From assembly GCA_965207225.1 (NCBI GenBank), contig CBDBLV010000005.1, positions 1,664,001-1,728,000 on the forward strand: a stretch of 64,000 bases of DNA, given 5' to 3'. This DNA is from Dehalococcoidia bacterium (GTDB lineage: Bacteria > Chloroflexota > Dehalococcoidia > Plut-88900). A model generated the notes under the pieces. It had not been told where the DNA came from. It did not search any database and saw nothing but the letters and a program-made list of their open reading frames with translations. Every line of letters begins with the position of its first letter. Position 1 is the first letter of the stretch. Positions 28,062 to 38,838 of this stretch are shown one piece after another. Position numbers and translations under genes: made by a program.

Positions 28062-29339
28062 ATGGCGGCCAAGACTAGAAAGCTGGGGAGAGGAGTGAGC
28101 ATCATTGGCGGAGGCATGTCCAAGTTCGGGGCCTTTGCCGACAAGACGACCCGTGACCTCTTCGGGGAGGCCTACTCCGAGGCCGTTGGTTCCGTCAGCA
28201 AGGGCTTGGACCCCGAGGCCATTGAGGCCCTCTACGTGGGCAACTTCTCCGCTGACCTTTTCGAGGGGCAGGGACACCTGGGACACCTGATGGCCGACTG
28301 GGTCGGCCTCGCCCCGAGGCCCGCGACACGGGTGGAGGGAGCCTGCGCAAGCAGCGGGCTGGCCTTTCGTGAGGGGATCATGGCCGTTGCATCGGGTATG
28401 TACGACATGGTGCTGGTCGGAGGTGTGGAGAAGATGACCTCGCTGGCCACGGAGGAGGTGCAGGACGCCTTGGCCGCCGCCAGCGATGTGCCGATGGAGC
28501 TGGACCAGGCGCAGTTCACATTCCCGGGCCTTTATGCAGCCATGGGCTCGGCGTACCTGGACAGGCACGGCGCCACCCGAGAGCACCTGATGCACGTTGC
28601 GATCAAGAACCATCGCAACGGCGCCCTGAACCCGAAGGCGCAGTTCAATGTTTCGATAGCCGACTTCATGGAAAGGCGCAAGGCCAGCGCGGCCAAGCGA
28701 GGCAGGCCGGTGCCCGAGTGGGAAGACGAGTTTGACTTCCTGAATGACGCCCGGGCCAATCCCCAGGTCGCGTGGCCCCTTCACCTCTTCGACTGCTCGC
28801 CGGTTACCGACGGAGCTAGCTGCATTATCCTGGCCGCGGAGGAGGTGGCCCGGGAGTACACGGACGACGTGGTAAACGTGGTGGCGAGCGCACAGGCCAG
28901 CGCGGGCCCAATTGCAACATGGGCCGGGGACATAACCTCCATACCGTCCGCCAGGATCGCCGCACATCAAGCGTACGAGATGGCGGGCATCAAGCCCAGC
29001 GACCTGGATATGGCGGAGGTGCACGACTGCTTCACCATCGCGGAGATCATTGGAATTGAAGACCTGGGCTTGTTCGAGCCCGGCAAGGGCGCATTTGCTG
29101 CCGCCGAAGGCCAGACGTCTCGTGAGGCGCCATGCTCGGTCAACGTGTCTGGCGGGCTGAAGTCCAAGGGGCACCCGGTCGGGGCGACGGGAACCGGGCA
29201 GATCCTAGAAGTGTGGACGCAGCTTACGGAGCGAGCCGGAGACCGTCAACTGAAGGACAAGGACCTGAGCCTGGGCCTGACCCACAATGTCGGGGGCACG
29301 GGCGGGACCTGCGCCGTCCACATCCTGGAGCGGAGGTAG
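28062..29339 (+). CDS. Thiolase-domain protein (SCP2/archaeal-type acetyl-CoA acetyltransferase)
   Basis: VEGACASSG, DCSPVTDG, EVHDCF, GGLKSKGHPVGATG. Confidence 0.92.
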   Translation: MAAKTRKLGRGVSIIGGGMSKFGAFADKTTRDLFGEAYSEAVGSVSKGLDPEAIEALYVGNFSADLFEGQGHLGHLMADWVGLAPRPATRVEGACASSGLAFREGIMAVASGMYDMVLVGGVEKMTSLATEEVQDALAAASDVPMELDQAQFTFPGLYAAMGSAYLDRHGATREHLMHVAIKNHRNGALNPKAQFNVSIADFMERRKASAAKRGRPVPEWEDEFDFLNDARANPQVAWPLHLFDCSPVTDGASCIILAAEEVAREYTDDVVNVVASAQASAGPIATWAGDITSIPSARIAAHQAYEMAGIKPSDLDMAEVHDCFTIAEIIGIEDLGLFEPGKGAFAAAEGQTSREAPCSVNVSGGLKSKGHPVGATGTGQILEVWTQLTERAGDRQLKDKDLSLGLTHNVGGTGGTCAVHILERR

Positions 29340-29341
29340 AC

Positions 29342-29758
29342 ATGGAGGCGAGCGATTTCACGATTTCCACCTATAAGCAGAACATTTCCGAAGGCAAGCT
29401 GGTCGCGGGTCGCTGTGATAAGTGTGACGTCCTGTACCTTCCCCCCAGACCCGTCTGCCCCCAGTGCCACGGGACCGACATGGGCTGGCAGGAGCTGAGC
29501 GGCAAGGGTAAGGTGGTCGGATATTCCTCAATCACCATCGTGCCGACAGGGATGGCAGCAAAGGGGTACGGCCGAGATAAGCCATACTGGTCGGCGGTGG
29601 TCCAGACCGAGGAAGGCCCGGGCATCACGGCGATGCTGGAGGGAGTCGATGCTTCGGACCCGAGCGCGGTGTCGGTCGGGATGCCGGTGGTTGCAGGGTT
29701 CAACCAGGAGGGGGAAGGCGAAGAGGCCAGGGTGAGCCTGGTCTTCCGACCTGCCTGA
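29342..29758 (+). CDS. Zn-ribbon/OB-fold protein (DUF35)
   Basis: CDKC..PPRPVCPQC; usual thiolase partner. Confidence 0.9.
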   Translation: MEASDFTISTYKQNISEGKLVAGRCDKCDVLYLPPRPVCPQCHGTDMGWQELSGKGKVVGYSSITIVPTGMAAKGYGRDKPYWSAVVQTEEGPGITAMLEGVDASDPSAVSVGMPVVAGFNQEGEGEEARVSLVFRPA

Positions 29759-29862
29759 GCAAGTTCTACACTAGACATAAGCAAGAAAAAATTGACCAGA
29801 ACAGGGGCGCTCGTTGCACAGGCGAGCGCCTCGTCTTGTCAGAAATTCTATCGGAGACATAG

Positions 29863-31138
29863 ATGAGTGAAGGAAGCAGGAAGACAACCCTGCCATTGAG
29901 GGAGGTAGGGGAGAGGAGGCTGGAGGACTACGCGGAGGTGGCGGGGCGGGGGGCGGTGGAGGAGATTCGGGGGCTTGCGGCGAGGCTGAATGGCAAGAGA
30001 GTCCTGCACTTGAACTCTTCGCCGAGAGGCGGGGGCGTTGCAGATATCTTCGAGGCGTTGATACCGCTCTTGAACGACGTGGGTGTCGAAGCGGAGTGGC
30101 GGACTATCAAGGGAGAGCCGTCTTTCTTCGACGTGACCAAGAGCATGCACAACAGCCTGCAGGGGAAACGCACGGAGTGGACGGGAGAGATGTGGGATAC
30201 CTGGCTGGACTACAACCGCAAGAATGCCCGAGACCTCTTCCCCGACTACGACATCATCTTCGTCCACGATCCCCAACCTGCGCCACTGCTGCACTTCATT
30301 GATGGCCGGTCCGGTGCGGATACCAGGTGGATCTGGCGCTGCCACATCGACCTGACGGACGCCCAACCCGACGTCTGGGCCAACCTACAGAAGTACATCA
30401 GCCTCTATGACGCAGCCGAGTTCAGCATGGAGGACTTCATAATCAAGGGGTACGAGGGGCCGATGCCCCGGGTGTCCGCGCCGGGGATCGACCCGTTGGA
30501 CCAGAAGAACGTGCCCCTGAGCTGCGAGGAGGCGGCTCGGATGCTGGGGCGGTTTGGGGTGGACGCGGAAAGACCGATCATGGCGCAGGTGTCGAGGTTT
30601 GACCCCTGGAAAGACCCGTTGGGGGTGGTAGATGCCTATAGGATAGTCAAGGAGCAGGTTCCGGAAATCCAGCTAATCATGATCGGGCCGACCGCTGCCG
30701 ATGATCCCGAGGGACTTGGCTTTTTCGAAAAGACCGCCCGACGCGCCGGTGAGGACCCGGACGTGCACTTGATTACCAATTTCAAGGGGATGTCAGATAG
30801 GGAAGTCAATGCAGTCCAGACTCTCGCGAGCGTGATGGTGCAGAAGTCGTCCAGGGAAGGCTTCGGGCTGAGCGCTACGGGGTCGCTGTGGCACGGAAAG
30901 CCGGTTATAGCGGGTCGGGCGGGGGGGGGTGAAACTTCAGGTATTGGACGGCGAGACGGGGTTCCTGATCGATTCAACAGCTGAGTGTGCCGACAGGGCG
31001 CTATCCCTTCTTCGGGACCAAAATTTGGCTGAAGAAATGGGGTGCAAGGCTCGGGAGCAGGTGCGCGAGAATTTCCTGATTACACGGGTGCTCAGGGACA
31101 ATCTGCTGCTTTACCGTCAGGTATTGGGCATTGCCTAA
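29863..31138 (+). pseudogene. TreT-like trehalose-synthesising glycosyltransferase (GT4), +1 frameshift in G9 run 30921-30929
   Basis: HLNSS..GGGVA, VHDPQP, WRCHID, VSRFDPWKD, QKSSREGFG; C-terminus VKLQVLDGETGF continues in another frame. Confidence 0.8.
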
Positions 31139-31165
31139 AACACAAGTCTCGAGGGGGAGTTTCGA

Positions 31166-32350
31166 ATGAACCCAAGAAAGCGGTCGGTGGAATCAATGTG
31201 CGCTTCGGCGGGGAGGGACGTGGAGTCGGTGACCAGGCCCCTCATGGCGCCCATCTACCAGGGCTCGGTGTTCGAGGTAGAGAGCCTGGAGCAGTTGGAC
31301 GACATCTATGCTGGTGTAGAAGACGGGTTTATCTACACCCGAGACGGCAACCCGAACGTCCAGACCCTTGAAAATGTCGTCGCCGAATTGGAAAACGCTG
31401 ACGATGCCGTGGCCTTTGCGTCTGGGATGGGGGCAATCGGGAACACGCTGCTGTCTATGGTCGAGGAGGGGGATACGGTGCTGGCCGGGGACGTGCTATA
31501 CGGCGGGACCAACCTGCTCCTGAGAGGGCACCTGTCAAAGCTCGGGGTGGGGGTCGAGTTCGTGGACGTGACGGACCTGGGCCTTGTGGAAAAGGCCCTG
31601 GAGTCGGGGCCCAAGGTGATGTTGGTTGAGTCGATTACCAACCCCTTACTCCGGGTCACGGATATTGAGGAAATAGCCAAGCTCGCGTCAACGGAGGGGA
31701 CTCGAGTGGTGGTAGACAACACGCTGGCTACACCCCTTCTGATGCGGCCTCTGGACCTGGGCGCCGACGTGACGATACACAGCGCTACGAAGCTGCTGGC
31801 TGGACACTCGGACGTGATGGGCGGGGTTGCGGCGGGTCGGTTCGAGACAATGGCGGCGACCAGGGAGTCGAACAGGGTATGGGGAAGCACACTGGACCCC
31901 TTTGCGGCGTGGCTTGTCGTAAGGGGAATCCGGACGCTTCCCTTGCGCGTGGCCCGAGTTTGCGAAAACGCCATGCGGGTCGCCGACTATCTTTCAGAAC
32001 ATCCCGCCGTGTTGGCCGTGCATTACCCGGGTCTCACAAGTCACCCGGAGTACGAGCTGGCGAAGTTTACGCTGACGGGTGGCTTCGGGAGCATGGTTTC
32101 GTTCGAGGTGAGGGGTGGGGAGGAGGGGGCCTCCAGGTTCGTGCGGTCGCTGGAGATGATCAGGTTTGCGGCGAGCCTGGGGGAGACGTGCACCACGGTG
32201 TCGCACCCGGCGAAGACTTCGCACAGGGCATTGACGGAGGGTGAGCGAGAGGAGGCGGGGATTTACGGCGGGCTGATACGGATGTCGTGCGGGATAGAGT
32301 CGGGGGAGGACATCGAGGCGGAACTGGAACGGGCGTTGGCGAAGTTGTAG
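31166..32350 (+). CDS. PLP-dependent transsulfuration enzyme (cystathionine gamma-synthase/methionine gamma-lyase family)
   Basis: YTRDGNP, FASGMGAI, VDNT, HSATKLLAGHSD, ASLG. Confidence 0.9.
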   Translation: MNPRKRSVESMCASAGRDVESVTRPLMAPIYQGSVFEVESLEQLDDIYAGVEDGFIYTRDGNPNVQTLENVVAELENADDAVAFASGMGAIGNTLLSMVEEGDTVLAGDVLYGGTNLLLRGHLSKLGVGVEFVDVTDLGLVEKALESGPKVMLVESITNPLLRVTDIEEIAKLASTEGTRVVVDNTLATPLLMRPLDLGADVTIHSATKLLAGHSDVMGGVAAGRFETMAATRESNRVWGSTLDPFAAWLVVRGIRTLPLRVARVCENAMRVADYLSEHPAVLAVHYPGLTSHPEYELAKFTLTGGFGSMVSFEVRGGEEGASRFVRSLEMIRFAASLGETCTTVSHPAKTSHRALTEGEREEAGIYGGLIRMSCGIESGEDIEAELERALAKL

Positions 32351-32648
32351 TTGGAACGGGAAGGCTGTGGATTTCGTCTATATCGACTAGAATCGCACTC
32401 TGCCCCACGATTGCCGGTCGCCGACATTTGGCACACGGGGGCATAGGGTTCATTCTCCCTGCACTCAAAGTCGAGGAGTTGTCAACCTGATTTGCTTTTG
32501 AGTAGAGTTCTAGGACCTACTCCGAGATAACCCTGTCGTAGCTGATTGCCCATCAGCTGAGCATAGACTTAAACCTCTTCACTCTGGAGTGGATCACAAT
32601 TCGGAAAAGGTGTACCGGGGAGCATATTTAGCCCCGCCATGCAACGCC

Positions 32649-33299
32649 TTATAACCATTTCTCTGGGTCACTGCACTGGGTTACGGAGTCTCGCACCTCA
32701 TGCGCAGCGGCGTGCAGTAATCCGTTAGTCTCTCCTTGGGACACATCCATCGAGCCGTTGGCACTGGCCTTCTTTGCTCCATCCTCGAACAAGCTCTGGG
32801 CGCCATTTTGCCGGGTATGGAACCCATTTCCGAATCGGGCTGAGGTTATGGCAACGACATCATGGTCCACGTACTCTTTGATTAACTCGTTGGCTTGGCT
32901 GATTGCCTGATCCAGAGCATTGCGGGCAGAATCCGGTTGGGCATGGTCGACTTGAAACCCCAGCCATTGCTCCCACTCCTCCCCGTCATCTTGTACTATC
33001 AATTGGACATGCTTCCAGTCTTGGGCCAGCTGCCGTAACCGATGCAGCACCCTATCCCACTGGTCGGGATTGGTCACCAAGCACAGGACGTAGGCCGTTC
33101 CACCAGTGGTCTCCCACCAGTATGGCAGCTCCGGGTGACCTTCACAGGAGGAGAGGGTTTCCACCAAGCCGGTCTGGTTCAATGTCCAGACCAACTCTCT
33201 AACCCCCGGTTCCAACTGCGCATAGTCCAGGAACCAGGGATGCATCGCCTGGACATCAGCGAAAGTCGGAAGGAGTACCGCCCGTTTGAACCACCACAT
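32649..33299 (-). CDS. Hypothetical protein with T-x-SSCEGH motif
   Basis: 216-aa ORF with RBS GAGGAAG in a lower-GC stretch. Confidence 0.55.
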   Translation of the reverse strand: MWWFKRAVLLPTFADVQAMHPWFLDYAQLEPGVRELVWTLNQTGLVETLSSCEGHPELPYWWETTGGTAYVLCLVTNPDQWDRVLHRLRQLAQDWKHVQLIVQDDGEEWEQWLGFQVDHAQPDSARNALDQAISQANELIKEYVDHDVVAITSARFGNGFHTRQNGAQSLFEDGAKKASANGSMDVSQGETNGLLHAAAHEVRDSVTQCSDPEKWL

Positions 33300-33308
33300 A
33301 ATTCTTCC

Positions 33309-33503
33309 TCAGGAGCCTTCAACCTCAGGCACTTGCAGGGAATCGAAATGCTGTTTGCTGACAAATCTAACCAGTTTTGTACCGTCTTCCTCGGCGGTTA
33401 CGGCATAAGTTTGTCTGCCGTTCTTATGCACCAGGGTGCGTTTCCTGAGGCCGCTCTCCGGTATATCCACTGTTTGCTTGGTCTTCACGTTATAGAACTC
33501 CAT
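33309..33503 (-). CDS. Small basic hypothetical protein (64 aa)
   Basis: GAGGTG RBS; MEFYNVKTKQ.. beta-rich, Lys/Arg-rich. Confidence 0.7.
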   Translation of the reverse strand: MEFYNVKTKQTVDIPESGLRKRTLVHKNGRQTYAVTAEEDGTKLVRFVSKQHFDSLQVPEVEGS

Positions 33504-34178
33504 GTTTCACCTCATGCTTCGATATTCAAGTTCTGATTTGCTAACGGATTCCTGGACTTGACCACATGGCCTTTCAACTGGAACGCATTACCATCCTCCT
33601 TGTTTGTTTTGCGTTTAAATTATTGAGATAAAGTATCCTATTCGGATACATCTATTTACAGGGCGCTGCACAGTTAACAGGGATAACGTATCAAAGAACA
33701 ACCGCCTTGTCAACGCTGATTCTTGTCTCGGAAGTTGCCTCCTCCGTCCACAACCTTCAGGTCGATGGGATGAGGGGTTTTCAAGACTGACGAATAGCCT
33801 CGCCTGCTGTGGGAACCCCTATGATCGGTGGTGCAGAGATGTTGCCATTGGCGCCAGGCAACCCGCGGACGACGCATTTGCCGCCTTAGGCGTACGTTCC
33901 ATACAGCGAGACCTTTCAGCGAAAAGTCCGCAATTCAACACGCTCCGGCCAACCTAACGGGAGGCGGACCCAGGAGAGGCGCGGCGATATTGTAGATGGA
34001 GCGGTGTAGTTGTTCCTGGTTTGCGACGCTGCCGTAATCCGTGGGGCACAGAAACTATTACTTAGCCGTCTCCCGAAGCCGAAATCACCTCGTGGTCAAT
34101 TGGGGCGGGCCGGAACTCACCCCCTGCCTTCGGTCTCCGCGAATGTAGAGAAGCGTCTGCATTGCGCTGCCGCCATCA

Positions 34179-35159
34179 CTACACTGCCACGCAAGCCTGC
34201 AACCCCGACTCCAACTCCGCTTTGTCCAGGTCCCGTCCTATGAAGACCACCTTGTTAATTCTTGGGTCGGACCCCCACGGCCTGTCCGTCTGGCCGTCGA
34301 AAATCGCGTGGACGGCCTGGAAGACCACTCTGTCCTGCACACCCTTGAAGTTCAATACGCCCTTGACACGAAAGATGTCCTCGCCTCTTTCATGGCCCAA
34401 CTCGTGTGCCCACTCCTCTACCTTGTCCTCGTCCAGTTCCCCTGCCATTGTTATCCCTACCGAGGTGATACCCTCCGCGATCTCGCACTCATCTTCCTCA
34501 GCCGTCAGCAAGTTGGGATGGGATAACAAGATACGCTCCAGGTCGAAGCCGCCAATCTCTAAAATGTCTTCCATCCTGGCCGCCGACTTTTGCGTACGGT
34601 GCATTTTCGCCAGCGCATTGATTGACCTGACCCGACCCTCCAGTTTCTCCAGCTCGGTCTCCGTGGCCAGGTCCGTTTTGTTCAGCAGTACCACGTCGGC
34701 GAAGGCGATCTGCTCTCGCAGCTCCTCTCTTTCCTCGATATGCAGCCACACGTGCTTGGAGTCGACAATGGTGACAATGCCGTCCAGCCTTACCTTCTCT
34801 TTCAAATACTCGTCTATGACAAACGTCTGGGCGACCGGCCCCGGGTCCGTCAGGCCGCTGGTCTCTATGAGTATGTAGTCGAACTTCTTGCGGCGTCTCA
34901 ACAAGCTGCGGAGCGCGTGAATCAGGTCCCCCCGCACCATGCAACAGAGGCACCCGTTGTTCATCTCGATTATCTCCTCCGCCTCATTAACCACCAGGTC
35001 CCTGTCAATGGAGAGCTCGTTGTACTCGTTCTCCACCACGGCAATGCGCATTCCGTGGTTCTCGGTCAATATGCGATTCACGAGGGTCGTCTTACCGGCC
35101 CCCAGGAACCCCGTCAACACAGTCACCGGCACTCGTGAATCTTGTTCCAACGTGGTCAC
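34179..35159 (-). CDS. CobW/COG0523 metallochaperone GTPase
   Basis: [32 protein letters not shown]. Confidence 0.93.
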   Translation of the reverse strand: MTTLEQDSRVPVTVLTGFLGAGKTTLVNRILTENHGMRIAVVENEYNELSIDRDLVVNEAEEIIEMNNGCLCCMVRGDLIHALRSLLRRRKKFDYILIETSGLTDPGPVAQTFVIDEYLKEKVRLDGIVTIVDSKHVWLHIEEREELREQIAFADVVLLNKTDLATETELEKLEGRVRSINALAKMHRTQKSAARMEDILEIGGFDLERILLSHPNLLTAEEDECEIAEGITSVGITMAGELDEDKVEEWAHELGHERGEDIFRVKGVLNFKGVQDRVVFQAVHAIFDGQTDRPWGSDPRINKVVFIGRDLDKAELESGLQACVAV

Positions 35160-35580
35160 AATAGACCCCCTATCTAGTGCTACTCAGTATCATTGTTCAC
35201 GGCCCATTCACTCACCCATCTGCCAGTTGAGAGTTCCTCTGCGATTGGAATGGACAACCTAACAGATGGTATCCAAATGGGGCCCGTCAGACAGTATCCC
35301 AGGGATCCTTAACCGTCACCTTGAGGTCTAAGTCCGAAAGTTATTTTGTCAAGATACTCAGTCGCAAATATGTGCACATGTGAGGGTAGCGTCTTACCAG
35401 GGGGCTGTCAATTCGGCGCGCCGATTTGGAACTCCAACAGAGCCTTATGCCTGTGCTCAGTCTCTCGGGCCTTCCCGTGCTGCTTTCCAAAGATCGATGA
35501 GTGGGGTTAGCGGAAAGATATCGTACGTAGATGAATCGGAGAGCCGGGAAGCCGATGGGTGTCGGACTAGCCGCGGACAG

Positions 35581-35609
35581 GAAAAAAGACCGTTAATTCT
35601 GACGGTCTC
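35581..35609 (-). terminator. Rho-independent terminator downstream of tRNA-Gly
   Basis: AGACCGT..ACGGTCT stem followed by a T tract on the minus strand. Confidence 0.7.
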
Positions 35610-35631
35610 GTAGCTACGAAATGAGGGGTTA

Positions 35632-35706
35632 TGGAGCGGGAGACCGGACTCGAACCGGCGACAACCTGCTTGGAAGGCAGGGGCTCTACCACTGAGCTAC
35701 TCCCGC
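35632..35706 (-). tRNA. tRNA-Gly (TCC)
   Basis: GCGGGAG acceptor stem, CCTGC-CTTCCAA-GCAGG anticodon arm, TTCGA T-loop, encoded CCA. Confidence 0.96.
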
Positions 35707-35764
35707 AGTGCGAGTGAGATATTAGAAGGGTTGGCGGGGTGGGGTCAAGGGAGGGGGAGGTGAG

Positions 35765-37735
35765 CTAGATGGAACGGGCAGTTCGATGGCCGTCCACTAC
35801 GGCTACCTCTATGTCCCTGGGCTGGAGGGCGTCGCCGATTAGGTGGAGGTCGAGGGCGCTGTCCTTGAGGTCCCGGTAGAGGGTGTCTACTGCCTGGCCG
35901 CCGGCGGCAATTACCACTGCGTCGATGTCCGTGATGTAGCGAGGCTCCCACGTGACCACGTCATAGACGTATAGCGAATCTTCCAGGATTTCGAAAACGC
36001 CGGTAAATGGGGTCATCTTCACACCCTTGCGGAGCAGGCTTTCGTAGAGGTGCTGCCAGAGGGGCGGAGTTATCTCCCGGCCCACGTACTGAAGGCCCGT
36101 AACTATCTCCACAGACTTGCCGCTGGTCACCAGATAGTCGGCGACGGTGGAGGCCTCTGGGAGGCCTTGGGTGTCGATAACGACGATCCGCTCACCCAGC
36201 TCGGCCGATCCGTTGAGCACTTCCCAAGTCGTGAGAACGTTCCGGCCTTCGGCCCCCGGGATTTCGGGGATGTAGGCGGAGGAGCCGGTGGCGACTACTA
36301 CGGAATCGGGGCTTTCGGCGAGGATGAGGTCGGGGGTGGCCTCGGTGTTGAGGCGGACATCGACCCCCAGCCTGCCGAGCTGTCGCTCGAAGAATAACAC
36401 CACCTCCTCGAAGTGGTCCCGACGCGGTGTCTTCATTATCAGGCCCAGCTGTCCCCCGAGCCTCGGACCTTTTTCAAAGAGGACGACATCGTGGCCCTTC
36501 ATGGCGGCGGTGCGAGCGGCTTCCATACCCGCTGGGCCTCCCCCGACGATTACTATTTTCTTCTTCTCGGGGGCGGGAGGAAGGATGCTCCAGTCTTTCT
36601 CGCGGCCTGTGACGGGGTTGTAGATGCACCCGACTCCTAACCCAATGAGGATGTGTCCTGCGCAGCTCTGATTAGTCCCGATGCAATAACGGATCTCGTC
36701 CGAACGGCCTTCTTTGGCCTTGTTGGGAAGATGGGGGTCGGCGATGAGTGCCCTGACCATGCCGACCATGTCCACCACCCCGTCGGCGACGAGGCGCTCG
36801 GCAAGGGCGGGGGAGTCAATGCGGCCCGCGCCGATGATTGGCAGCCCGACGGTCTGCTTGATCTCGTTGGCCTTGTAGACGTACTGGCCCGGCTCCCGGT
36901 AGTAACTGGGCCAGTGGTCGGCGAAGGACTTGGGGTCGGGTATGGCGCCCTGCCAAACGTTCAAGAAGTCGATGGCGCCGGTCTGCTCCAGCAGGGGGGC
37001 GATGGTCTTCAGCTCCGACATGCCGACGCTGTAGTCGACCATGTCGTCGTACATGCGGATGCCGAGGAGGAGGTCGGGGCCGAGGGCCTTGCGGCAGCCT
37101 TCGACGATCTCATAGAGGAAGGTCATGCGCTGTTCAACGGTTGAGCCGCCGTACTTGTCCGTGCGGCGGTTGGAGTCGGGGCTAAGGAACTCGGCGACGA
37201 GATATCCAAGGCCGACAAGGAGCTCGACACCGTCCAGCCCGCCCTCGCGGACACGGGCGGCGGCATCGTAGAACTGCCGGACGGCTTCCTCAACCTCCTC
37301 GGTGGACATCTCGTGGGGCATGTACTGGGGACTGCCGAAGTGGGGCGGGGGCACGGCGGAGGGCGCCATGAGGGGTCGGCCCAGGACGCCCGCGGAATCG
37401 ACTACAGCCCGTCCCCGGTGTCCGAGTTGCGCCAGCAGGGGGGTGTCGAACTCGTGGGTGGCTTCGGACATGCGTCGGTAGACGGGAATGACCCGGTCGT
37501 CGTAGTTGGCCATGGACAGGGGAATCTCGCCGTCGTTGTAGACGACGCTGTGACCTATGACGACCATGGCAGCGCCGCCCTTGGCCCGTTCGCGCACGTA
37601 GTGGACGTACCGTTCGTCGGGGAGGCCGCCCTCGCCCTGGTAATGAGCGGCGTGGCCGGCGTTAACTATCCGGTTCCTGAGAGTGTACTTCCCGACCCTG
37701 ATAGGTTCGAACAGGTGAGGAAAAGGGATGGCCAC
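35765..37735 (-). CDS. NADH:flavin oxidoreductase (OYE family with FAD/NAD-binding C-terminus)
   Basis: LFEPI..LRNRIV, QLGHRG, FLSP..NRRTDKYGGS, CIGTNQSC, VGGGPAGMEAA; GTG start. Confidence 0.9.
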   Translation of the reverse strand: MAIPFPHLFEPIRVGKYTLRNRIVNAGHAAHYQGEGGLPDERYVHYVRERAKGGAAMVVIGHSVVYNDGEIPLSMANYDDRVIPVYRRMSEATHEFDTPLLAQLGHRGRAVVDSAGVLGRPLMAPSAVPPPHFGSPQYMPHEMSTEEVEEAVRQFYDAAARVREGGLDGVELLVGLGYLVAEFLSPDSNRRTDKYGGSTVEQRMTFLYEIVEGCRKALGPDLLLGIRMYDDMVDYSVGMSELKTIAPLLEQTGAIDFLNVWQGAIPDPKSFADHWPSYYREPGQYVYKANEIKQTVGLPIIGAGRIDSPALAERLVADGVVDMVGMVRALIADPHLPNKAKEGRSDEIRYCIGTNQSCAGHILIGLGVGCIYNPVTGREKDWSILPPAPEKKKIVIVGGGPAGMEAARTAAMKGHDVVLFEKGPRLGGQLGLIMKTPRRDHFEEVVLFFERQLGRLGVDVRLNTEATPDLILAESPDSVVVATGSSAYIPEIPGAEGRNVLTTWEVLNGSAELGERIVVIDTQGLPEASTVADYLVTSGKSVEIVTGLQYVGREITPPLWQHLYESLLRKGVKMTPFTGVFEILEDSLYVYDVVTWEPRYITDIDAVVIAAGGQAVDTLYRDLKDSALDLHLIGDALQPRDIEVAVVDGHRTARSI

Positions 37736-37746
37736 CTTCCGCTCCT

Positions 37747-38838
37747 TTAGCGCACTGCGGCCTTGGCCTCGTTGGTGAGTTCGTAGGTGACGGGTTTCCG
37801 GTTGGGGTTGGGTATCTTCACGTTGAGCTTTTCGAGCTCGGGCCAGATGTTCTTCTTGAACTCGGTCCCGAAAGCTGCACCTCCCACCCTTGCCAGCCTG
37901 TGGCCCGGCCACCGACGCCGGATTATGTCCTGGCAGTCGGTGCTCTTGAATGCGCCGACAGGTTGCTCCCGGACGATGGCCCGGGCCATGTCTGCCCATG
38001 GACTGCCCTGCGCGGCGAGAGGCGCCGGAGAAAAGGGAGGGGGAGTCGGGGGCGCCTGCGATATAGAAGGGGTAGGTGAAGCCGCAGGCGTGGGACGTGC
38101 GGGCCGTCTGGAAACACTGGGGCGGCTCCTGGGCGGTGAGGAAGAGTAGGACCTGGCAGAGCGGTGATCAGCGGAGACTACGTGCAGAAGGTCTCGGGGG
38201 AAGAACTGCTTGACGTTGGCGGAAAGAGACTTGTGACGGTTCGTGACTGCCCAGAGGAAGGGCATAGGACCCCGGGAGCCATCGACCTCGTCGCGAATGG
38301 CAGCGTAGAGGGAAATGAAGTCGCTGTCGTCACTGAAGACGACGATGTGGCCTATTCTGCCGCGCACGAAATCGGCGATTGCGTTGGTGGCCATGGCGAT
38401 GTCGGCGGAGTTCTTGGAGGAATCCCGGCTGAAGTGCTGGATGCCCTTCACCAGGACCTGGATGCTGCTGAACTGGTCGACCGCCCACAGTCGCCAGAGC
38501 TCGACCTGGTCTGCGCGTACGTAGAGGGTCATGCGGGAGGGGGCGGGGGTGGTGCTGGGCCAGTTAAACATTAGTGAAGATATCAGGGTTTGGGCGTCTT
38601 CCTGCAGGTTCTCGACGTCGATATATACGCCGGACCCCTTGGAGCCCTTGTTGGTTCTATAGTTCAGGGTCTTTCCTCCTGGGTTGCTTCGGGTAGAAGG
38701 TTCGGTAGAAGTCTGGATAACTCGTATCTCGGCCTGATGGTGAGACCTGGAAAATGGAGAGGCCAGGATGCGCCCCAGGCCCTTAAGACCCGATCCACGA
38801 TTGCTTTCACTTGATGGAGAGAGAGAAGAATTGTCCAC
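37747..38838 (-). CDS. NYN (LabA/DUF88) domain protein with Pro-rich linker
   Basis: VYIDVENL, KNSADIAM, SDDSDF acidic PIN-like motifs. Confidence 0.8.
   Translation of the reverse strand: MDNSSLSPSSESNRGSGLKGLGRILASPFSRSHHQAEIRVIQTSTEPSTRSNPGGKTLNYRTNKGSKGSGVYIDVENLQEDAQTLISSLMFNWPSTTPAPSRMTLYVRADQVELWRLWAVDQFSSIQVLVKGIQHFSRDSSKNSADIAMATNAIADFVRGRIGHIVVFSDDSDFISLYAAIRDEVDGSRGPMPFLWAVTNRHKSLSANVKQFFPRDLLHVVSADHRSARSYSSSPPRSRPSVSRRPARPTPAASPTPSISQAPPTPPPFSPAPLAAQGSPWADMARAIVREQPVGAFKSTDCQDIIRRRWPGHRLARVGGAAFGTEFKKNIWPELEKLNVKIPNPNRKPVTYELTNEAKAAVR

Noticed and set aside
33505-33600. Strong AGGAGG RBS followed by a tiny minus-strand ORF with TGA (MVMRSS*)
   Set aside because: Too short; readthrough gives only 17 codons with no homology evidence, so it cannot be supported.
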